Source: Utricularia gibba (taxonomy: Eukaryota; Plantae; Magnoliophyta). Taken from it: a stretch of 64,000 nucleotides of DNA. The notes under the pieces are model-generated. The model was not told where the DNA came from and did not search any database. It saw only the letters and a program-made list of their open reading frames with translations. Where the stretch lies: positions 816,677 through 880,676 of the forward strand of contig NEEC01000024.1 in assembly GCA_002189035.1 (NCBI GenBank), read 5' to 3'. A program made the position numbers and the translations under genes. Below, one piece after another: positions 39,750 to 50,400 of the stretch. Position 1 is the first letter of the stretch; each line of letters begins with the position of its first letter.

Positions 39750-41129
39750 ACCTGCAATCTGTGCTGGAGAAAAGAAAACAGCAAGAACAAAGCACCTACA
39801 CTGAGCACTTACAACAAGTAAACCCTAAATTCACTCAAAATTCAATGGATTTCAAACAAGAAACTCTGCACAACGAAGAGAGTATACAATCTGGAGTTAA
39901 CCCATGGCTCTTCACTCTCAATTACTTGTGAAATCGGGAGATCTTGTCGACCGGCAGCACCGCGTCAACCAGGTGTGAAAGTCGGTGGACAAAGAGGAAA
40001 ACAAACGGTAATAAAGAGGAATAGTTTATTGTTGAGGAAGGCTATATTGGTAAATTTCCATGAAAATTATCCATAAACCCAATTTTATACCCACCTACCA
40101 AACGTGGGTTCATTTAAACCCAAATAATGTAAACCCATCAACCAAACACGATTTATACACCCTAAACCCATAAAACCGGGTTACCTAAACCGAAATAAAC
40201 TAAACTTGGGTTTAGGCCAAACCCAGCAACCAAACACGCCCTTATGATTACAAAGGATCAATAGACATTCTTGCGATTAAACCAATAATTCAAAGAATAT
40301 TATAAAACAATTTTATGATGAAAGGATATATATTATGCATTAATTTAAAATTCAATATTTTTGTCGTTTTTTAAATAAAAAAAATAAAAGGCCATACTTA
40401 GTGATATAACCGACATCCAATATTTTTTTAACTAAAATACACTTTACACTAACTTTTAGATAAATTGTTGAAATATAATTAAATTATTTCATTAAATTAT
40501 AAAATAATTTTTTAGTTTAATGGTTTAATCAAAATATGTGTATTAATCTTTTTTGTAATCAGAAGACATATAATAATTTATCTATTGTATCAGAATTTTT
40601 TTATATTGCACACATTAATATGAAAAATAAGGAATTTGTCATCAATTTTGAAAATGAATAAAAGAATAATAAACAATAAAGAACCATTTAGTTTAGAATT
40701 GAGGTAACATTTTCGATATTATATGTCTCACTTTTGAATAAAATAAGATATCTGAAATTTATTTTAAAATTTCAGATTAAAATGTAAATTTGTTCTTAAT
40801 GAATTTATCTAATCTTTAAGTTCATGCAAAATCATTTATTTTTAAAAGTTATACTTGAAATGGTTATTTTTCAAAAGAAATTGAAGGGATAATTATTTTT
40901 TAAATTTGAAGAGTGAGAGATGGTTATTATTCAAAGTAACCCTTTGAAGGAGACAATGGATTTTGCCTTCCAAGTTTTGATTTTCATGGAAATTCTTGTC
41001 AATCCATTGCCATAGACTCAGAAAGAATCTCAAGATGAAAGCTTGCGACATAGCAAGATAAGTTGATGTTGGTTTAGTAGCTTACACAAGGAAGCTACCC
41101 ACCTCTGGTGAGGTGGGCCAAGTTGGCAT

Positions 41130-41813
41130 CTTCGTTTCTTTCAATTCCTGAATTGATGAAGCTCAGGGTATGCTGTAGTGTTCGATGAGAGAATACTTCG
41201 ACTTCCACCATATACGTCACAGACACAACCTTTGGTCAGATATTATATGTTCTAATATGCTATATCTCAATAGTTTCACACTTTTCCCGAATGACGTAAC
41301 TTGATCACACCCAGATGATTCGATGCCATTAACATACTTTCAGAGCTTGGATTAAAAATCAATGAATGATGCAGAGGCTAAAGTCAAGAACCATTATTCT
41401 AATCAATGGCATGAAGTGGGAGACTGAAGAGAGCACCCAACCATGCTAGGGTTCGCCTCGCAGCTTTTGAATCCCCTTGATGGTATTCAAAGTCGTAGTT
41501 GTTTTGTATGTACATGGAAAACTCATAGTACCTTTGTACCATCCCTAGAATACATGGCCTTTCTCAAGCTCATATATGAGTTGCAGAAGACGGGGCAATA
41601 TGCTAGTTGTTCAAGATAGAGCATATACATTGACAAATGTGTCTACTTCCCCTGTTTGACATGGATATATCTGCAATTTCCAAGCATCCATCCATTTGAG
41701 CATCACCTGATCCCTCTCGAGGAGCTTGGACCAGTCATTTTTGTAAACAAGTTCTGTTGTGAGCTTTTATGGAAGGTTACTTCTATAGTTGAAGTCCCAA
41801 CCAAAATATTTTC
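41130..41813 (-). pseudogene. Inositol polyphosphate 5-phosphatase C-terminal fragment, pseudogene
   Basis: GWDFNYRSNL...LVYKNDWSKLLERDQ, KGHVF*GWYKGTMSFPCTYK, KAARRTLAW and MVEVEVFSHRTLQ match 5PTase catalytic and C-terminal motifs. Stops and frameshifts throughout. Confidence 0.75.
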
Positions 41814-42109
41814 CTGCACACAAGGGACAAGGGAAAATTGCATATTGTACTAATTATATTTCACATTATTGTACGTTATATCCAAAATTTGACAAATTAT
41901 ATTTCATGATCAAATCATTTTAATTGGGATCATGTCACTTCTACATGCACCTTATGTTCGTTACTTACCCCTAATTTTTACCATCATAAACATTTAACAT
42001 ATTTGATGTAGTTTGAATTTCTTCGAAAGAGGGATTGTGGATCATTTGAAGCTACAATTGCTATCGATATACACCTGAACGTTTTCCATAATACTTAGGC
42101 AGAAAATTA

Positions 42110-43594
42110 ATCATAATTGGCTTCCATTCATTAGTTGTGTCATTAGAAAACCTGATGCACAAACTCTTGTATGTATGGTCAGTTGCGTCAAGCTCATTCA
42201 AGGTCTTCTCCTATAATGCAATGATGTAATTAACTTGAGTTGCAGTAGGGAGTCTTCTAAACCTTGTTGTTTCTCTCACTTTTGTTTTGTTCTTACTGAT
42301 AGTTCTCTCGATTTCTGGATAGAAAACAAGATCACTTGCAGAGAAGAATGCAAATGCATCAACTGAATCACAAAACAATTAAACATCACTCCCAGAAATA
42401 TTGCCAATTTGATAAACGAAAAATTTAGCACATGTTGTGAATATGCAATTTTTCGTATGAAATAAATTTATAATCCTAATTCACATCCAATCATACAACA
42501 AATATGAGCATAGTGATCAGGGTTGAACATAAAAAGCAGGTGCTTGTCATGTGATTATCAATGCATGCAATCAGCGTCATGTTGATAGATTTAATTTAAA
42601 CTAGGATTAAAACAAACTTACGATAAAATACAATAGAGAAAAGCAACAAACTTTTGAACTCGGTTGTACTGAAGATGAGATGGGTGATGCCTAGGGATTC
42701 CTAGGGTTAACATGCAAATTGCTACAACTACCCCACTTAAACCATAGATCATTTACATAATAAGCAAAGGTCTAAGTCAACCCAAATCTTAGTTTTTTCT
42801 AATTTTTGGTCTACCTTTAACTAGGGTTGTTCTAGTGAGCTTCACTATTTCCCCTCATGGACCTATCCTAATTTGTAAGGAAATAATGTGATATTTGGTT
42901 AATATGGTTTAGTGAACAAATTGTTAACCCCTTTATCCCAAGGCATCACTAATTGTTTTAGCTACTCATGATATGGGAAAGGAAAACGCTTTGGTGACAT
43001 ATCATAATCACCATTCTAGTCTCAAAATTAAACAATAGTATAGGATGCATAACAAAGCATAAACAGTAAATCGTTCATGTTAAAAAACTAAAAACTATTA
43101 TCAGCTGGGAATAGTATTCTTCAAGAGCAGAAGAAATCTTCAAAAGGGAGCTTGTTTTCCTGGATTGTCTTCCTCGTTCTTATGTAAGTTTTTCTTCTGT
43201 CCATCCCTCCCCCTCCAGAAGTCTATGTCCGTTCTTCCCAGTTGTGGAGATCTCTTTTTTCTCTCCATTTTGTCTACTTTTGTATCCAAAATCTTCCTTT
43301 TTCTCCTCCTTAGATTTTGTGTCTGTCTTTTCAGACTTTGGCCTCATCTTCTGTCACTTCACTATTCATATCCAGCTCCTTACGATTTGGGTTGTTGACA
43401 TGCATTGCATTGCTCAAGGGGACTACTAGAACCAAGGTTGGCGGTGAATCTATGATCTAGTCCCAACTAGCAATAAAACACGCTACGTCGCTACTAGTCA
43501 TAAAAATATAGAAATATATATAAAACTTAAGTTTTGTAGCAAAAAAGAGTCGTTTTCCTGCACTCAAATACTAAAAAATGCTCTCTTTCCATCA
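42110..43594 (-). mobile_element. Athila-like 5' LTR (family A2, 42410 to about 43594) with degenerate PBS and truncated gag start
   Basis: LTR end at 42410. The adjacent minus-strand TTGGCAATATTTCTGGGAG (42389-42407) resembles the tRNA-Asp PBS TGGCGCCGTTGCCGGGGA. 42110-42370 is homologous to the gag start at 1245-1500. Confidence 0.8.
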
Positions 43595-43961
43595 TTCTTT
43601 CTGTCTTGTATGCACAACCAACTTTCCCATTTGTGCATGTAAGCGCCTAATCATTAATGTAGACTCTTACATGTCATAACTCAGAGGCCTTGTTTAATAT
43701 TAGTCTTCCACCCACAATCGCTCCAAGTCACGTGCAAGTCATGAAATATCAATGTTTGTTCTCTTGCAATACTCCAAGTCTACCTCCTAACACTTTGGAT
43801 GAAAGTACACGAAAAAGACAACAAAAATATGTACAAATAATGAATATAGGATTTTTCGAATAAAATAAAATATTTATTAATATAACTCCTAAGTTGGGTG
43901 ATTTAATCCTAAATTAACATATAATAATATATAATAAAAACTTAGAAAATGACACTTAATA
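43595..43961 (-). mobile_element. 5' fragment of a family B LTR
   Basis: cttagaaaatgacacttaa (43941-43959) and 43620-43750 are reverse-homologous to 14741-15090. Confidence 0.7.
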
Positions 43962-44009
43962 GTATCTATACACAAATATGAAAAGAGTAGGATATAATTC
44001 GCCATTAAA

Positions 44010-44466
44010 GAAACTTACCTTGTGGAGAGCAGCAAAAACCACAATTGAAGAGTTGGTTACAAGATGAATGCAAGTTGAGATAACTTAATGAAAATAGTTA
44101 CGAGTGGTTGTAAGATAAACCATCAAAGCATTGGTGTAGAACTTTGTTCAATACAAATGTCAAATGCGATACCTTGTTCAATAATTTATTAGAGTCATTT
44201 AATTTATTCATTTTAGAGACCAAAGATAAACCTATTATTCAGCTTCTTGAGTGGATTAGAGAACTTGTTATGGTGAGATTGTGTCATTATTGAGAAGTAG
44301 CGAAGAAATAGATAGCTTTAGTAACTCCGTGAGCATGTGAGATATTTGTGTTAAGATTTGTTACAAAAGACTTTAACCTTGAAGATCTAGAATCTGAGAT
44401 TGAAAGAAACCCACAACAATTCAACATTGTTATGAAAAGCAAAAAGAAAATGTTTACAAGAAGACC
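44010..44466 (+). mobile_element. MuDR/Mutator transposase remnant, cut off at the satellite edge
   Basis: LWRAAKTT...KPSKHWCR...KCDTLFNNLLESFNLFILETKDKPIIQLLEWIRELVMVR is the post-DDE region of MULE transposases. Confidence 0.8.
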
Positions 44467-44467
44467 A

Positions 44468-47400
44468 CATGAGATCCTAACTTCAATAAAGGTATCACGA
44501 TTTTCGTCGAATGGGACCTTATTGTGCTGTGAAGTCAGACCGAACCTTGGGTCCGGACGAAGTTCCCAACAACAGCACCGCCAAAAAACGACAACTTTTG
44601 CTTCAAAAAGCATGTAGGCAGCCGCCGAAAACCCAACGTTAATAAATGCATCGCTTTTTTGACCAGGCTACAAATGACTATGGGCCAGAGCGCGACTCGA
44701 CCATTTGCTCGATACTAGTGCCAGCCTAGAGCACCTCGTCAAATATAAATCAGGTTGTTGAGAAAACCATTTGGGGCGCTCATGACATCCTAACTTCATT
44801 AAATGCATCACGATTTTCATCGAGTAGGACCCGATTGGGCTCAGGAGCCAGACCAAACCTTGGGCCCGTACAAAGCTGCCAACGACAGCACCCGCCTTAA
44901 AACGGCAAGCTGTTGCTTGAAAAACCATTTAGGCAGCCGCCGAAAACCCAACGTTGATAAATGCATGACTTATTTTCCGGGCTACAACTGACTATGGGCG
45001 TGAGCCCGACCCGACCTCTGGCCCAATCCCTAAACCCCCGAGAGCGCCTTCTCAAATATAAAGTAGAGTGTGGAGAAAACCCATTGGGGTTCTCATGACA
45101 TCCTAACAAAAGCAAATGCATCACGATTTTCATCGAGTAGGACCCGATTGGGCTCAGGAGCCAGACCGAACCTTGGGCCCTTACAAAGCTGCCAACGACA
45201 GCACCCGCCTTAAAACGGCAAGCTGTTGCTTGAAAAACCATGTGGGCAGCCGCCGACAAGCCAACGTTAATAAATGCATCACTTCTTTTGACGGGCTACA
45301 GCTGACTTTGTCCCCCAAGCCCGACCTGAATTCCGGCCCGATCTCGGTGACCCACAAAAGCGCCTTCTCAAGTTTAAAGCATGCTGTTGAAAAAAGCATT
45401 TGGGGCGGTCATGAGATCCTAACTTCAATAAAGGTATCACGATTTTCGTCGAATGGGACCTTATTGTGCTGTGAAGTCAGACCGAACCTTGTGTCCGGAC
45501 GAAGTTCCCAACAACAGCACCCGCCAAAAAACGACAACTTTTCCTTGAAAAAGCATGTAGGCAGCCGCCGAAAACCCAACGTTAATAAATGCATCACTTT
45601 TTTGGCCGGGCTACAAATGACTATGGGCAAGAGCGCGACTCGACCATTTGCTCGATACTAGTGCCAGCCTAGAGCACCTCGTCAAATATAAATCAGGTTG
45701 TTGAGAAAACCATTTGGGGCGCTCATGACATCCTAACTTCATTAAATGCATCACGATTTTCATCGAGTAGGACCCGATTGGGCTCAGGAGCCAGACCAAA
45801 CCTTGGGCCCTTACAAAGCTGTCAACGACAGCACCCGCCTTAAAACGGCAAGCTGTTGCTTGAAAAACCATGTGGGCAGCCGCCGACAACCCAACGTTAA
45901 TAAATGCATCACTTCTTTTATCGGGCTACAGCTGACTTTGGGCCCGAGCTCGACCCGAATTCCGGGCCGATCTCGGTGACCCACAAAAGCGCCTTCTCAA
46001 GTGTATAGCATGCTGTTGAAAAAAGCATTTGGGGTAATCATGAGATCCTAACTGCAATAAAGGTATCACGATTTTCGTCGAATGGGACCTTATTGTGCTG
46101 TGAAGTCAGACCGAACCTTGGGTCCGGACGAAGTTCCAACAACAGCACCCGCCAAAAAACGACAACTTTTGCTTCAAAAGCATGTAGGCAGCCGCCGAAA
46201 ACCCAACGTTAATAAATGCATCACTTTTTTGGCCGGGCAACAAATGACTATAGGCCAGAGCGCGACTCGACCATTTGCTCGATACTAGTGCCAGCCTAGA
46301 GCACCTCGTCAAATATAAATCAGGTTGTTGAGAAAACCATTTGGGGCGCTCATGACATCCTAACTTCATTAAATGCATCACGATTTTCATCGAGTAGGAC
46401 CCGATTGGGCTCAGGAGCCAGACCAAACCTTGGGCCCTTACAAAGCTGTCAACGACAGCACCGCCTTAAAACGGCAAGCTGTTGCTTGAAAAACCATTTA
46501 GGCAGCCGCCGAAAACCCAACGTTGATAAATGCATGACTTATTTTCCGGGCTACAACTGACTATGGGCGTGAGCCCGACCCGACCTCTGGCCCAATCCCT
46601 AAACCCCCGAGAGCGCCTTCTCAAATATAAAGTAGAGTGTGGAGAAAACCCATTGGGGTTCTCATGACATCCTAACAAAAGCAAATGCATCACGATTTTC
46701 ATCGAGTAGGACCCGATTGGGCTCAGGAGCCAGACCGAACCTTGGGCACTTACAAAGCTGCCAACGACAGCACCGCCTTAAAACGGCAAGCTGTTGCTTT
46801 AAAAACCATGTGGGCAGCCGCCGACAAGCCAACGTTAATAAATGCATCACTTCTTTTGACGGGCTACAGCTGACTTTGTCCCCAAGCCCGACCTGAATTC
46901 CGGCCCGATCTCGGTGACCCACAAAAGCGCCTTCTCAAGTTTAAAGCATGCTGTTGAAAAAAGCATTTGGGGCGGTCATGAGATCCTAACTTCAATAAAG
47001 GTATCACGATTTTCGTCGAATGGGACCTTATTGTGCTGTGAAGTCAGACCGAACCTTGGGTCCGGACGAAGTTCCCAACAACAGCACCCGCCAAAAAACG
47101 ACAACTTTTGCTTCAAAAAGCATGTAGGCAGCCGCCGAAAACCCAACGTTAATAAATGCATCGCTTTTTTGACCAGGCTACAAATGACTATGGGCCAGAG
47201 CGCGACTCGACCATTTGCTCGATACTAGTGCCAGCCTAGAGCACCTCGTCAAATATAAATCAGGTTGTTGAGAAAACCATTTGGGGCGCTCATGACATCC
47301 TAACTTCATTAAATGCATCACGATTTTCATCGAGTAGGACCCGATTGGGCTCAGGAGCCAGACCAAACCTTGGGCCCTTACAAAGCTGTCAACGACAGCA

Positions 47401-50400
47401 CCCGCCTTAAAACGGCAAGCTGTTGCTTGAAAAACCATGTGGGCAGCCGCCGACAACCCAACGTTAATAAATGCATCACTTCTTTTATCGGGCTACAGCT
47501 GACTTTGGGCCCGAGCTCGACCCGAATTCCGGGCCGATCTCGGTGACCCACAAAAGCGCCTTCTCAAGTGTATAGCATGCTGTTGAAAAAAGCATTTGGG
47601 GTAATCATGAGATCCTAACTGCAATAAAGGTATCACGATTTTCGTCGAATGGGACCTTATTGTGCTGTGAAGTCAGACCGAACCTTGGGTCCGGACGAAG
47701 TTCCCAACAACAGCACCCGCCAAAAAACGACAACTTTTGCTTCAAAAGCATGTAGGCAGCCGCCGAAAACCCAACGTTAATAAATGCATCACTTTTTTGG
47801 CCGGGCAACAAATGACTATAGGCCAGAGCGCGACTCGACCATTTGCTCGATACTAGTGCCAGCCTAGAGCACCTCGTCAAATATAAATCAGGTTGTTGAG
47901 AAAACCATTTGGGGCGCTCATGACATCCTAACTTCATTAAATGCATCACGATTTTCATCGAGTAGGACCCGATTGGGCTCAGGAGCCAGACCAAACCTTG
48001 GGCCCGTACAAAGCTGCCAACGACAGCACCCGCCTTAAAACGGCAAGCTGTTGCTTGAAAAACCATTTAGGCAGCCGCCGAAAACCCAACGTTGATAAAT
48101 GCATGACTTATTTTCCGGGCTACAACTGACTATGGGCGTGAGCCCGACCCGACCTCTGGCCCAATCCCTAAACCCCCGAGAGCGCCTTCTCAAATATAAG
48201 TAGAGTGTGGAGAAAACCCATTGGGGTTCTCATGACATCCTAACAAAAGCAAATGCATCACGATTTTCATCGAGTAGGACCCGATTGGGCTCAGGAGCCA
48301 GACCGAACCTTGGGCACTTACAAAGCTGCCAACGACAGCACCCGCCTTAAAACGGCAAGCTGTTGCTTTAAAAACCATGTGGGCAGCCGCCGACAAGCCA
48401 ACGTTAATAAATGCATCACTTCTTTTGACGGGCTACAGCTGACTTTGTCCCCAAGCCCGACCTGAATTCCGGCCCGATCTCGGTGACCCACAAAAGCGCC
48501 TTCTCAAGTTTAAAGCATGCTGTTGAAAAAGCATTTGGGGCGGTCATGAGATCCTAACTTCAATAAAGGTATCACGATTTTCGTCGAATGGGACCTTATT
48601 GTGCTGTGAAGTCAGACCGAACCTTGGGTCCGGACGAAGTTCCCAACAACAGCACCCGCCAAAAAACGACAACTTTTGCTTCAAAAAGCATGTAGGCAGC
48701 CGCCGAAAACCCAACGTTAATAAATGCATCGCTTTTTTGACCAGGCTACAAATGACTATGGGCCAGAGCGCGACTCGACCATTTGCTCGATACTAGTGCC
48801 AGCCTAGAGCACCTCGTCAAATATAAATCAGGTTGTTGAGAAAACCATTTGGGGCGCTCATGACATCCTAACTTCATTAAATGCATCACGATTTTCATCG
48901 AGTAGGACCCGATTGGGCTCAGGAGCCAGACCAAACCTTGGGCCCTTACAAAGCTGTCAACGACAGCACCCGCCTTAAAACGGCAAGCTGTTGCTTGAAA
49001 AACCATGTGGGCAGCCGCCGACAACCCAACGTTAATAAATGCATCACTTCTTTTATCGGGCTACAGCTGACTTTGGGCCCGAGCTCGACCCGAATTCCGG
49101 GCCGATCTCGGTGACCCACAAAAGCGCCTTCTCAAGTGTATAGCATGCTGTTGAAAAAAGCATTTGGGGTAATCATGAGATCCTAACTGCAATAAAGGTA
49201 TCACGATTTTCGTCGAATGGGACCTTATTGTGCTGTGAAGTCAGACCGAACCTTGGGTCCGGACGAAGTTCCCAACAACAGCACCCGCCAAAAAACGACA
49301 ACTTTTGCTTCAAAAGCATGTAGGCAGCCGCCGAAAACCCAACGTTAATAAATGCATCACTTTTTTGGCCGGGCAACAAATGACTATAGGCCAGAGCGCG
49401 ACTCGACCATTTGCTCGATACTAGTGCCAGCCTAGAGCACCTCGTCAAATATAAATCAGGTTGTTGAGAAAACCATTTGGGGCGCTCATGACATCCTAAC
49501 TTCATTAAATGCATCACGATTTTCATCGAGTAGGACCCGATTGGGCTCAGGAGCCAGACCAAACCTTGGGCCCGTACAAAGCTGCCAACGACAGCACCCG
49601 CCTTAAAACGGCAAGCTGTTGCTTGAAAAACCATTTAGGCAGCCGCCGAAAACCCAACGTTGATAAATGCATGACTTATTTTCCGGGCTACAACTGACTA
49701 TGGGCGTGAGCCCGACCCGACCTCTGGCCCAATCCCTAAACCCCCGAGAGCGCCTTCTCAAATATAAAGTAGAGTGTGGAGAAAACCCATTGGGGTTCTC
49801 ATGACATCCTAACAAAAGCAAATGCATCACGATTTTCATCGAGTAGGACCCGATTGGGCTCAGGAGCCAGACCGAACCTTGGGCACTTACAAAGCTGCCA
49901 ACGACAGCACCCGCCTTAAAACGGCAAGCTGTTGCTTTAAAAAACCATGTGGGCAGCCGCCGACAAGCCAACGTTAATAAATGCATCACTTCTTTTGACG
50001 GGCTACAGCTGACTTTGTCCCCAAGCCCGACCTGAATTCCGGCCCGATCTCGGTGACCCACAAAAGCGCCTTCTCAAGTTTAAAGCATGCTGTTGAAAAA
50101 AGCATTTGGGGCGGTCATGAGATCCTAACTTCAATAAAGGTATCACGATTTTCGTCGAATGGGACCTTATTGTGCTGTGAAGTCAGACCGAACCTTGGGT
50201 CCGGACGAAGTTCCCAACAACAGCACCCGCCAAAAAACGACAACTTTGCTTCAAAAAGCATGTAGGCAGCCGCCGAAAACCCAACGTTAATAAATGCATC
50301 GCTTTTTTGACCAGGCTACAAATGACTATGGGCCAGAGCGCGACTCGACCATTTGCTCGATACTAGTGCCAGCCTAGAGCACCTCGTCAAATATAAATCA

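Larger units (their letters stand above)
33775..40241. mobile_element. PIF/Harbinger DNA transposon 2 (6467 bp) carrying cargo, TSD TTA
   Basis: TIRs GGGCGCGTTTGGTTGCTGAGTTT / AAACCCAGCAACCAAACACGCCC (21 of 23 match). TTA at 33772-33774 and 40242-40244. Convergent transposase and Myb genes. Confidence 0.95.
33402..40944. mobile_element. AT-rich foldback element with long TIRs (Mutator-like, non-autonomous), split by Harbinger 2
   Basis: AAGGGTTACTTTGAATAATAA at 33402 is the reverse complement of 40924-40944. Imperfect inverted similarity continues for roughly 300 bp. No TSD found. Confidence 0.65.

Noticed and set aside
44503-44517. CENP-B-box-like TTCGTCGAATGGGA in two monomer types
   Set aside because: Spacing is 2 nt shorter than the TTCG....A..CGGG consensus and the C before GGG is absent. 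It is likely a chance resemblance.
45027-45038. CCCTAAACCC telomere-like motif once per HOR
   Set aside because: A single 10-bp match per 1.57 kb that is lost in several copies is insufficient to claim telomeric origin.
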